DNA of 64,000 nucleotides from Azolla caroliniana (Eukaryota > Plantae > Polypodiophyta): assembly GCA_043228905.1 (NCBI GenBank), contig JBHGNT010000003.1:18848001-18912000 (forward strand), read 5' to 3'. Positions 1-12,400 of the stretch are shown one piece after another. Every line of letters starts with the position of its first letter. Positions within the stretch are counted from its first letter, which is position 1. Both the position numbers and the translations under genes were made by a program. The notes beneath the pieces were generated by a model. It was given only the letters and a program-made list of their open reading frames with translations. It was not told the origin of the DNA and searched no databases.

Positions 1-3000
1 TCGTGTTGGTCCTAGGATTACTTGCTTTTGGTTATCGAAAGCTAGCTCGCCAGGACGCGGTGCTAGATACGAGCACCATGATAATGCATCTGCCTTCCTT
101 GTTGCTTCCCTAGACGATATGTAATTTTGAAGTTGAAACGAGTGAGGAATTGGGCCCACCGAGCTTGACGTCAATTTAACACACGAGCATTCTGAAAGTA
201 GGCAATGTTTTTGTGATCACTGAATACAGTGACTTGATGAGAAGATCCCTCTAGAAAATGCCTCCATTGCGTAAAAGAGTCTACTATTGCTAATAGCTCT
301 TTATAATGAATTTCATAGTTGATTTCGGCGGCGTCAAACTTGCGTGAGTGGAAAGCCACAAGATGTAGCTTTTCATCATCGCCTTGTTGTGACAGAATGC
401 TACCCAAGGCGAAATCCGACGCGTCTGCTTCAATGATGAATGGTTTTTCCGGATCAACATGAGTTAGAATAGGAGCTGATGTAAATGCCTTCTTAAGACT
501 CTCAAAAGCCATGTCTACTTCTTCAGACCAAACGAACGATTGTCCCTTCTTGGTAAGCTCTGTGAGAGGCAAAACGAGCTTTGAGTAATCATGTATAAAC
601 TTGCGGTAGAAATTGGCAAAGCCTAAAAAGCATTGCACATCTCGCAACGAATGTGGATTCTGCCACTCTACCACCATTTTGACCTTAGTTGGATCCATGG
701 AGATGCCTTCCGAGGAAATGATATAGCCCAGAAATTCTACCTGTTGCACTCGAAACTACATTTTTCTAGCTTTGCATAAAGACCATGTTCTCGAAGTCAT
801 TTTAGTACTAACAGTACATGAGAATCATGGTCTTCTTGGGTCTTCGAATAAACCAGTAGATCATCCAAATAGATGATCAAACAAACATCCAAGAGATCTC
901 GGAATATATCATTCGCCATGTGTCGGAAGACTGTTCGCGCATTAGTGAGGCCGAATGGCATGACCGTATACTTGAAGTGCCCATATTTGGTGTGAAACGC
1001 GGTCTTCCATTCATCTCCTAGTCGGATCCGTATGAGGTTATACGCTCCTCGTAAGTCGGTCTTTGTGAATAACCTTGCACCATTGATCCGTTCTAAAAGA
1101 CTTGAGATAAGGGGAAGTGCAGACCTATTCCTGATGGTGACCTTATTCAAGCCACGATAATCTACGACGAGATGAAGTGATCCATCCTTTTTCTTGACGA
1201 AGAAAATGGGTGCGCCGGCTGGAGATTTTGAATGTCGAATGAAACCATTTGCCAAATTCTCCTCTATATAGGCTCGAAGGACTTCTAGCTCGGTTGGTGA
1301 CAAATTGTAGATAGTCCCCATGGTGGCTATTTTCCCGGTTGTAAATCGATGGGGCAATCATACAGTCAATGGTGAGGAAGCGTATTGGCTTGTACTTTAT
1401 CAAACGGTGGACTCCTCTTTAGTGGTGTTGGAGGGTTTTATTGATATTGCGAAGAGAAACATTTCTTCCTTGCGTCCTTCCTCACGCAACTGATGTAGCG
1501 AAATGGTTGCAATCTTATGAGTAGATCCTCAGGTTTGTCGATACCGGATTTCTCTTGTTCTCCAATCTATGTCTAGGTTATGTAATTCGAACCATGGTAA
1601 TCCCAAAACAATGGGATGTTCTGGGATACTAATTATATTAAATGATACTACACACGCTAAATTATCTACGACAATATTAACAGGCTCTAACTCTTCAATG
1701 ATATTTCCGGAAGCAATGGGACGACCATCAATGACAACTACAGAGGCTGGACACGGGAGTTTTCTTAGGGATATCTGATGAGCTTGGGCAAAATTCCTAT
1801 CCATGAAGCAAGAATTAGCTCCGGAATCTAGAAGTGTTCAGACATGTACTGGAGAGCTACTTTTAGTAGTAACTGTTGCTTGGGCTAAGAACACATTGCT
1901 AACTTGCTTAGAGGGAATGGAACCACTAATGGGCTGCACAGATCTAGGGTTGTCCAACCAAATGGCTCCTTTTTTTGTTGGACTTAGTCATTTAATTGTT
2001 GGCTTCTAACTGACTAAGGACATCAAATTTGTTCGATAGATTTGGGCTATTAGTACTATTAGGACTATCAGATATTCCGATTGAAATAGACTCGGGTTTA
2101 GTACAATTAGAACTAGCAACTATTTGGTTTACCTGACTTCTTGGCTTATGGGGACAGTTCACTGCAATATGCCTTGGTTCACCACAATAAAGACATAGTC
2201 GATTTGCTTGGCGTCGCTGGTTTTCTTCTTCCAATAATGGTCCGCGACAACGTGTAGTGTCAATTTCCATCGGAGTTGGAGTATTAATTGGAGACGCATT
2301 ATATGACTCCCTTGGAAAAGGTTTTGCTACCATTGAGGCGTACGTGGTCTCTGATCTTGCCCTTGGCATTTGGAATTGACGTTCCGAACATTGTTTGAAA
2401 AGACGGTTGTTGCATCTCACCGCACGACTGATTGCTTCTGTCAATGACTTTGGTTCTTCGAGGAAGGTCAAGAGTAAATCCTTGACATCGTTATGTAGAC
2501 CATAACGAAATTGCTCCATTAGTGCTTGGTCATCACAGGGGATATCGAAGGCGAGTAGGCGGAAATCTGCAACGTATGCGGAGGTTGGACGATCACCTTG
2601 GCTTAATCGTCAGATTTTGTTGATTGTTGTCCTTATGCTGTCAGTATCTCCAAAACAGGCTTTAAACTCATTTCAAAACTCTTCGAAATTGTTTAGTAAA
2701 GGAGATTCCTTTTCTAACAACGGAGCGAACAATGCCAAAGTTGAGCCACTTAACAACGTGCCTACTAAACCCACTTGTGATGCATCAGTGGGATATCGGG
2801 AAGGATTCATTTGAATGACTAATCGTACCTGATTAAGGAATCCTCTTAACTACGATCATGTTCCATCGAATTTCATGGGAAGGCCGATCTTGGGTTCTTT
2901 ATGAATCCCTTGCATATTGGGTCCTTGTTGTTGCATCGCTACTATAGTTGCTTCGAGTTGTTGCACGTGTAACGCTAGCTCCCCATGTTGTTGTTGCGCC

Positions 3001-3234
3001 TGCTGCTTTTCTACGGAGATTTGTTGAAGATCCCCCAACAACCGTTGATTTTCTTGTTCCAAAGCAAGGAACTTCTCTTTCAAGCATTGCAGCTCTGAGA
3101 AAACAGATTGATATTCTTGAGCGCTAACAGGGCCATAGGATGAGAGGAATGAGGAATAAGATATTAGTATGAAGGGAGGGAAACATAAGAAGATAAAGGG
3201 AAGATGAGGAAAGAGGTGCAAAATCAGTTCAAAC
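1..3234 (-). mobile_element. Decayed Ty3/Gypsy (sushi/Tf1/Tcn1-like chromoviral branch) internal region: gag, protease, RT, RNase H; runs off the left edge
   Basis: Gag with KEPKIGLPMKFDG, MEQFRYGL and zinc knuckle CLYCGEPRHIAVNC (3221-1992). Protease LLDSGANSCFMD near 1830. [17 protein letters not shown]...YLDD (1357-797). RNase H DASDFALG...DHKN (749-171). Several stops and frameshifts. Confidence 0.95.
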
Positions 3235-3663
3235 TGTCATGAACAGTACTAAGACAGAGAAAGAATTAGTACTAAAAAATGAGGATGAGTACTAAGAGAG
3301 GTGTAGAACTCTTGAGAGAAGGAAAGAGTAAGAGACAGAGAGGAAGAGAGATAGAGAGAGAGAATGATGATAACAAAAGATATATATTATGTGAAGAGAA
3401 TATACATTAGTAGCTAGGAGGCTTAAGACTGGCGTTGAACCGATTTGGTTCGAAATAATGCCTTGTGCCTCCTTTTATAGTGTTCTCAGGAGTACTCCTG
3501 AAGTTTCTAGAATGTTCCAGAGAAATCTAGAATATACATTAGTTTTCTATAGTAAAACTTAAATGAAAATAATATCCTTCGTGTTACAACATATAGTCTA
3601 ATGGTCAAGAGCTCGACCCATGTAGAATAAGGTCATGGGTTCGAGTCTTTTCATATCATGATA
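3235..3663 (-). repeat. 5' LTR of the Gypsy element (~429 bp)
   Basis: Termini TGTCATGA (3235) and TCATGATA (3663, one mismatch to TCATGACA). Minus-strand TATAAAA at 3479-3473. Directly abuts the gag leader. Confidence 0.75.
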
Positions 3664-4968
3664 ATGTGTATGGAGAGCCGACAGTCACAAGGCAGTCAAC
3701 TTATATAGATGTAGACCCGGCCAGCAGAAGGCACCCGACCAATGTAGCTGAAGGAGTTGAACAAGAGTCCACAAGGACCCAGTTACTAATGGAAGAAGAT
3801 ACCCTCTCAGAATAAGAAGAGTTCCTTATCGTTATCTAGCTAGAGAGTATGTACTGTTGATTGACGAAGGGGAGCAAAATGCTTTGATGAAGCTATGTTG
3901 GATGCCCACAACAAAGGAATGGTATCTTGCCATGCAAGATGAAATGGATTCCCTGAATGAGAACCACACGTATGAGCTGGTGAAGTTGACAAAAGGAAAG
4001 AAGTCACTCAAAAATAAATGGGTCTACGAGTTGAAACATGGAGAAAATGGAAATCCTGAAATGAAAGATTTGGGTCTGGCAGAGCAAATATTGGGGATGC
4101 ACACAGTCTGGGGCAGGACAAAGCATATGTTGTGGTTGTCACAAGAAAAGTATGTGACAAAGGTGCTCCAAAGATTCCACATGCAAAATGCAAAACCCGT
4201 CTGATCGATACTACCGACAAATTGCAAGTTGAATGTTAGTGAATGTCCAAAGAATGAAAAGTAAGCGGATGAGATGAGGAAGGTACCATATGCCTCAATC
4301 ATGGGAAGCCTGATGTATGCTATGGTATGTACCAAGTCGGACATTACATTTGTTGTCGGTACTGTCAGCGGGTTCATGAGCAATCCGGGAAAGGAGCATT
4401 GGGTTGCAGTAAAATGGATACTCAAATACCTAAAAGGCACCTTGAGCATTTGCCTCAAGAATGGATCTGGTGAAACCCATGCTTGAAGGGTTTACTGAAT
4501 CTGATATGTCGGGTGATGTTGATTCTAGTCGATCTACCTCAGGGTATGTAATGACCTATGCATGGGGAGCCATGTCTTGGCAATCTAGGTTGCAAAAGGT
4601 TGTGGCTTAGTCGTACACAGAAGCTGAGTACATGGTAGTTGTAAATGCCAACAAGGAATTGATATGGATGAGAGATTTCATGAGTGAGTTAGGATTGAGG
4701 CAAGCTTAATTCCTACTTCACTGTGATAATCAAGGTGTCATTCAACTTGCTAAGAATGTCGCCTACTACTCTCAGACGAAACACATCCAGAGGAGATATC
4801 ATTGGCTACAAGAGAGGGTGGAAGAAAAGGAATTTGCTCTTGTAAAGATCCATACAAATGATAATGGATCAGACATGATGACGAAAGTTTTGTCTATGGA
4901 CAAACTAAAAGCTTGTTGGTAGAGGATAGGTATGGTCGACTCTCCCATACATGAGTGAAGGGGGAGTT
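3664..4968 (+). mobile_element. Decayed Ty1/Copia RT-RNase H remnant, interrupted on the left by the Gypsy
   Basis: AMQDEMDSLNENHTYELV, KWVY, MKDLG, VPYAS..GSLMYAMVCT and HW.AVKWILKYLKGT motifs with stops. The RT core between KHGENGN and EMKDLG is deleted. PPT AAGGGGGAG just before TG at 4969. Confidence 0.9.
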
Positions 4969-6545
4969 TGTTATGAAATGATGTCCCTCCTTATGGGAGA
5001 AGAGCCGATTCGGCTAAGGGTCGGCTATGTGTCGACTAGGTAAAATGGAAGGTTGATAGCCAGTTGAGGAAGGTTGCGAGGGAAGAGATTGATCAGCTCA
5101 GGGAAGAGCTGAGGCAATAGAAGGAAAGGGATGATCGGCTACAGGCTCAAAAAACAAGGAAATTAAAAGAAATGTAGACCGACTTTGATCAATTGCACAA
5201 GGAATATAAAGGGTTACGGGACGATCGATCAACAACGCAAAAAGCTTAAGGAAGCACAAGCCAACTTAAAGGAGTGTGATGCAGCTTTCCATAATTAGAA
5301 ACAATTGTGTTATGTCATGGGGTACCGACCACAACCGGTTGCAAAACAACAACGAGGAATGACAAGAATGCGACGAACAAAAAACAAAAAAAAACAAAAC
5401 AACAACACCAAGACAATATTTGACGTGGAAACCCTGAATGGAAAAACCATGGGAGCCCTCAGACTCCGAACAAAATCACTATATGGTGAGTATACAAGAG
5501 ACTCGCATGCAACAACCTTGAGCTCAACTTAGTCTTACAACTAACACAGTGCACTTTCTTTCTTTCTTCACCTAACAACTCTATACATACACCTTAAATA
5601 TGTTAGCCCTAAGTGTATTTATACTTATATACAGCATAGGCTATTTACAAATATAGCCTCCATGCGACTGCGGTCCTATCCGGATGCCTTACCTTATCCG
5701 GATCCGGTTTCTGGGTCCCTTCTAGATGATCCGACTCCTTGTCTGGATCCAGCTTCTTGGATATCCCATTACCATTTGAAGGGACCGACTCTCCCAACAA
5801 ATTGTTCGAGACGAAGATTGCGAAACTTTAGAATGAAGGCAAGGAAGAAAAAGAACGGTTGGTCATGGAACGAGACGTTACTATGGAGGCGTCTAGGAAG
5901 AGCATCCAGAAAGAATTGTGGGCAGTTACAATATGCAAATGCAGAATTATTGCAGTAGAGAAGCTCAGTCATCGGCAAATAGCATAACGCAGCTCAAACA
6001 GGAGAAGCAGGCATCTGAGGCCCAGGGAGGAATAAATATAATAGGCAGAATTAAGATCATCATTGAGCGACCACCCTGGGAAAAGGCTAGAGAAAAGAAT
6101 GGAGGAGGATAGTGTGGCAACAATATCGAAGGCATGGTCGGCACAGGCGGCTAAATTTGCAAACATTCAGGGCAGATGATGAAAAATCCGACAGAAGACC
6201 CAGAAGAGGGGATATTCTATCAAATGGCACAGTGGGAGGAAACCCTAGCTGAACAAGTGTTGATCTCCCATAATGCGGGAGAGCCCATTGTGATCTGTTG
6301 TGGAGTCAGTGAGCTCCCGTGGTTTTTTTCTCATTCAAGGTTTTCCACGTAAAACTCTTTGCGCGTCTCTATAAGTTCGTTACCTTTTCTGTTCCTATAA
6401 TGTATTGTGTCCATTGTGTGACAAAGAATATAGGCGGGTCGATAGTTGTAGACCTGGTAGTTGGCCGATTCCCGATCCATATTTCTCTTCAGTTCAAACC
6501 TTTAACCAATCGACCTACCTTGCTTTGATGATGGATCTTTTCACA
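4969..6545 (+). repeat. Probable 3' LTR of the decayed Copia (right end uncertain, 6423 or ~6545)
   Basis: Starts TGTTATG right after the PPT. Contains CTCCCGTGGTTTTT...GGTTTTCCACGT at ~6313-6350, a motif also present inverted in the nested solo LTR. Confidence 0.5.
5308..5799 (-). mobile_element. Solo LTR (492 bp) nested in the Copia LTR
   Basis: TGTT...AACA termini flanked by a perfect 5-bp TSD AATTG (5303-5307 and 5800-5804). Orientation inferred from the inverted CCATGGTTTTTCC...GGGTTTCCACGT motif. Confidence 0.85.
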
Positions 6546-7255
6546 TGTTTTTTTATGTACATGCTTGCCCATTCCTAATTCCACTCATTCAAATCCAACT
6601 AGTTTGGCTATTCTCTCTCTATGACCTAACCACATTATGACACCATTGATAGAGGGGTGTACCGTGTGTGTGTGTGTGTCTGCATGCATGTGTAATACCA
6701 TCACCATACTATATGGTGCCTTGCTTGTGTACAACAATTCCCAACAACCCTACCATGAGATTATTGTGAGGAAAACAATATTCATTGATGGTCCTTCTAG
6801 GATGACATATACTCATAAATTATCACTCTCAAAATCCTTATAACACATGTCTTAGTGCGTGATGCGGTCTGTGCTAGGAGAAAAAGTTTCATAAAAATTC
6901 CATATTCATCCTCATGACTACTAAAAACGGGGAAAGAAGGAATATAAATAACTCAAATGTTAAAAGCTAATATCTCTAATCAAAGAGTTGAGGGTTCAAT
7001 GCCCACAAATGACAATAGTAGATCAAAAGGGAAAACATCTACTTTCACATCGTTTCTAAGCTCAAGCACAGATGTCTTATTAACAGCTTGGAAATTATAT
7101 TCTCAATTCTATTCCCTCAAATATTTTCACAAGTTTCATTGTTGTCTTGGTGAAACCATTTGCCTTGCAAGCTAACCCTCGAACAATTCCTATTCCTTAA
7201 GTCCACAAATTTGGCTAACCCCATTACTCACCACTATTCATCACTATGTCACATG

Positions 7256-7640
7256 TCAAGACTCAAAAACATCACAAATGTCCTCGAATCATAGTTGGCA
7301 GTAGTGTTGCATCTTGGAGATGGAGAAGTTGGCCATGGTTTATCCTTGCATCACATTTCCTAACTCAAAAACCTCACTGAGGTTCCCAAATCTCAGTTGG
7401 TGGGGGAGTTGCACTTTGGATATGGAAAACCTCGCCACGGTTCATCAGTACGTCACATCTGAATACTCCAAAGCATCACAAATGTCCCCAGATCACAATT
7501 GGTGGTAGACTTGCGTCTTAAATATGTAGAAGCTTCCTGAGGTTCATCAATACATCCTGCTTCAAGACTCTAAAATAGCGCTACGGTGCACGAGTCACAC
7601 ATGGTGGGAGTCACGTCTTCAATAAGGAGAAGCTCGTCAT
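7256..7640. repeat. Diverged tandem repeat, 102-bp period, ~3.7 copies
   Basis: Units start at ~7256, 7358, 7460 and 7562 (TCAAGACTC recurs at 7256 and 7562). Shared GGTT(C/T)ATC and (A)GTTGG/TGGTGG blocks. Confidence 0.7.
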
Positions 7641-7829
7641 TGCAAACTTAGTGTTGTCATACTTGTTACTTCCAAATTACTTTCTGCAACTAGCTAGACA
7701 AGAACCAGAAAGTAACACATTTTTAAGCGCATAATACATAGTAATTGTGTTAGTTGGAAACATGTTAAGCCTAGATAGACTTTCAAGAATAAAACTGTCC
7801 TTAATGATGCAATGACCGTACACAATACA

Positions 7830-7918
7830 ATCATATACCAAGTTTCAATGACTGAATACACAATATGATCATATACCAAGTTTCAATGACTGAATACACA
7901 ATATGATCATATACCAAG
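7830..7918. repeat. Perfect 38-bp tandem duplication (~2.3 copies)
   Basis: ATCATATACCAAGTTTCAATGACTGAATACACAATATG repeated. Confidence 0.95.
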
Positions 7919-9219
7919 GGTGTTTGTAAACATTTATGGAGCACACTTCTCATATCATATCAATTGAAATTTCATACTGTACATCAGTTAAAATTTCCTA
8001 ATCCTTTCCAATGATAAAGTTAAAATGCTCACAAGATACTGAAAACCATCACCCAATAGTTGGTTCTCTTTAATTGGAATAGCAAAGCAAAACAATTCTA
8101 CTTGCAACCTGATAGCAAAAATCTAAATCAACATACTAAATCCATATAAATGTAATACCAAAGCCGAAAGTTTATTTAACGATGGCTATGCTTCCAGACA
8201 ATGAAAATTTGCTTCAACGATGCTGACTTTAAAAGGGGGTCTTCATTATAGTAGACTATTACAAAACCTAGACTTTCAAGCATCAAATTCTTGGGTTTTT
8301 AATGTAGACCCAAGTTCAACAACACATCTCTCTTATACTTGATCACAGAACAATCATTCATTATGAAACCACGGTTAATGTGTCAAGTTTAATGCTGAAG
8401 AGAGCACATATATATGAAGAACAAATTTCAGTTTTCAGTTCTGAGTTTTTGAATTTTTCCCTGTTTTTATCGTTTCCACTTTAAAGCTTGATCTGTTGAT
8501 AAATCAATAAACCCAATTGGCCCACATGCTCAAGATCATTGATACAATAAATATCATCTCTCAATCACAAGTTAATAGAAATCATTGTCCAACAAAACAC
8601 ATTCTTTTCTATATGAAGCATCTATCAGTCACTGATCTTATTCAAGGCGAGTAACTTGGAACCATTCTGCATTGAAGATGTTTGCAATTAAATTCTCTAG
8701 ACAATTGTCTGTTGGCACATTATTAGAATCAGTGACCAGTAATCTGATCCTTGTCATGAATATTAATGGCTTCCAGAGTAATATCTTGTTATTGAGCATG
8801 TTTCAACTGCTACTGACTAAGCGATGGACAACTGAATATACCTTTGTCCATTGGAAGCCCTCCAGTTTATTCACCTTCACCTCGTTGGTGATCAAGCTTT
8901 TAGAGCTACAATGAACATGACTATCACACTTAACCCAAATTTAATGACTAAAGAGCTAATCAAAATATTCTAAGTGTATATGTGGAAGAGATCTTACAAA
9001 ACTCCCAACCAAACAAGGAAAAACGATGGAAAACAGAGATTTTGATTGCTCCATGTCACAAAGCACAGAGATCTAATTTTGCACTCACTTTTGCTATCAT
9101 ATTTTACTACAACAAAAATAAGCCTATAAAATTGGCAAAATGCTATCAGCAGCTGTGTTTCATAATGCCGTTATTATAAAACAATTCTCTTTCGTAGGGG
9201 GGAGACAGACAGACAGGCC

Positions 9220-9261
<42 letters not shown>

Positions 9262-9475
9262 TTTCCCCCTGTACTTTCACAAAAAAAATACTCACTTTCT
9301 ATAGCATCGATCTTGCAGGATTGAAGGACGCAATAGAATTAGAACACCTTTAGACGTATTACTTAAACTTGAGAGGGTAAAAGACAGGGAAAAACATGGG
9401 CCTTCAGGAAACTGAGATATATAGCCTCTACTAAAATTTGTAAATACACAGTGTTGCACAGGAACCTTGTTGAAT

Positions 9476-12400
9476 TTAGCCTATTCGATTTGTTACTGTC
9501 TGACACAGAGAACGAAGCTGAGTGTTCCATTTATCAATAGCTGTGTACTTCTTTGGACCTTTGGACCTGAAGATTGAACCAAAGGTACATTATCATTACG
9601 CTATCATAAACCTTAAAACATAACATCGAACGAGTAAGAAAAGTGACAGCATTCGGTAAGAAAAGTGCCACATGTACCTGTCTCCAAGTTCGAGAAGCTG
9701 GTTGACTTGATCTATATGGCCATGTACACGGTTATCCAAAATTAACGAGACAAGCAACTGTTCTACATCCTTCTCCGGAATGTTCAGTTCCTACCAGGAA
9801 ATAAACGATGGTATTGAGGTGGCACATGGATGACAACAGTCCACTTGAATAATCAATCCCTATCTTACCTGAGATATAAATGGAATACGAATGCATGTGT
9901 ATGGCTTGATGAGCTTCAAAAGAACTTGTGTTCGGATGTTTTTTAACAAATCCTCAATATAGTTGCGAATGAATAGATCATCCATTATTGTTTTACGATT
10001 GCTCTGCATCCAACAAGAATCCAAATTATTTCCTTCCCAAGATGTGCATCACCGTTGTCCATCCACCAAGTGGCTGCTTGGCTTTTAACGTAAATGCAGA
10101 ATCGCTACTGTAAAATGATTTCAACGTGTCCCAGCTGCAAATCAGCAAATCCTACCTTGATTATTTTTTCAAACTCCAAAATGTCATTCCGTTGATATGC
10201 AGCAACAAGGTTAGTCATAGCAAGGATTTCTGGATCATTCTTATACCTGTGAAACAAAACAGATGCAATATTAGAGGGCCCTTAGACAGTAATTATGATA
10301 TTTGGATCAGTTTTCAGGAGCACATTGCACATAGAGACATATTATCTCCTTTCTCCCTCTCTGTCTCTCCAAAACAAGCGAACTAAGACATGGTTAAAAC
10401 ATTGAAGGCAAAAAGAGAATACGCATCTTTTGCAGCTTGAACAAACCAAATATGAAGCATTTGAATGCTCCAAAATGAAAGCATCAGCAGGTGCAATTTA
10501 AAACTACATAATATTAACACCCTCAAGGTGGATGTGAACTCAAGACATGCAGGTTCATTGGATAGAGCTCAAATCGAGAACAGAAATGCTCACTCGACTC
10601 CCTGGATCATATGGACAACTTCCCAGATGGCCAGAATCACAGACATACAGCAGTAGAAAGAAATTTGGGACCATATTCATTTCACTGTTTGCATCATACT
10701 AGTCTCAAGGATAGGCCTTCTATCAATGTGTAATTACTATTAATCTAAGATCACAAATGGCACAATTCACAGTCACCTCCAAGTTAAGATGATTGTTGAG
10801 AGACAAGAAAAGTACATATGCTGGATAGTGGACGGTTTTAGCCTTGTGGGACAATTCTGCATCAGTGGAGGCTCCTAAAGCCCTGACAAAGAAACTGTAA
10901 AATGGTCATTTCCTGACATGATAATTGCCATATAAAGGACAAAAGGAGACCCAATTGAGCATGGAAAGCTGAAACTAGCCATCCTTGTGTCTACAGCATT
11001 AATACAAATCTTTAAAACAACCAGTGGATCAATAGGGGTCAAAAATCATTTTATATTTGATTACACTGATTCTAAGGTCAGAATAGTTTAAGAATCAGGC
11101 GATTAAAATTTGGTGATTAGATTAAACTGATTGGTATAAGAAACATTACAAAACTAGCACCAAATGAAATCACACCTAAGAAAAGCTATTCATAGTCCTA
11201 TGTCGACAGGCAGATAAATCATGCATTTCAAAGATAGGTAGCATACGGTTTCGCTTCTTGGCCATCAAAAGGATTGACCTGAGATTCCATTAGCATGTTG
11301 GCCAATACAAGGTACCTGCAAGTCAGTATAGCATGTAAATTCCAAGTAACCGGCAATGTAAACATCCAGAGCTACATTTTTTTTCATTATGAAAGCAAAG
11401 ATCCTCAGCAGTTATACTTAAGGCATTGAATTCGCCGGTGAGTTCCTGCTTCATCATAGTTTTTAAAAGCCTCAAAAAAGTCTGTTGCAGCTTCTGCCCA
11501 TTGCCGCTCTGCCATATTCATCTTCCCACCACACTCATGTATGATTCCCATTATACGAGGATGAGGTATAGCAGATTTGATTGTGAGAGCCTGTTTGTAT
11601 AGTTGCTGTACATGGAAACAACAGAACATCAGAAATCTTCATTCAAATGATTATAGAGAAAATTCCGAGACATCCAAATTGTTTTTTATTCCCCAAAAGA
11701 ATGAGTATGCATTCTGTTTGAGGAACAACATTGTCAATTTGTCCCCTTCTTCTCTCTTTTGGATGTTCATCTAGGCTGGTTGGGGAAATCAGGGAAACTC
11801 AATTATTTCCGAACTTCCCCAACAACATATCTTTGGTTATTGGATGTACCTTAAGTTTTTTGTTGTTCTTCGTCTCCGTGTACATCTGTATCTCAATTGC
11901 ATACACCTCTAATAACTGTGTACCCTTTTTTTGGTCATCTGAGCCATCCTCTCTTTGACAAGACTTGTGAAGTTCCTTCAATATCTATGGAACATGAAGT
12001 GTTTTGAGCTCTAGCCAGATAAACATTTTCAGCATAAAATTGACATCAAGAAATAATGGCAAACCTTATTCATTCGACCATACTCCCCCATGTCAAACCA
12101 AAGCTTACACAATTTTAAGTTGGTTTTAAACCATAGCCGCTGCAATCATCATTGTTGGCCTGTGAGTTAGAATGGTACTTACAGTGAAAAAACAAGTAAT
12201 CTAAGAGTTTCACCTCATTTTTTGCATCTTCCAACGCTTTCAAGGTTGTCTGATAGAACTCTTGGAGAAGTTCCATGTTCTGGCTAGCACTTCCAGAGAC
12301 AAAATCTAAGATATTGTTGATACACTTTTCACTATAATTTCGTGTCACAGCTGACTTTATGTACATCAGCATCTCCCTGTAAGCATTCATCATTTCTTTG

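Noticed and set aside
1970-1992. Gag-pol slippery site A AAA AAG in the Gypsy
   Set aside because: It lies after the present gag stop, and the element is too mutated to infer the original frame relationship.
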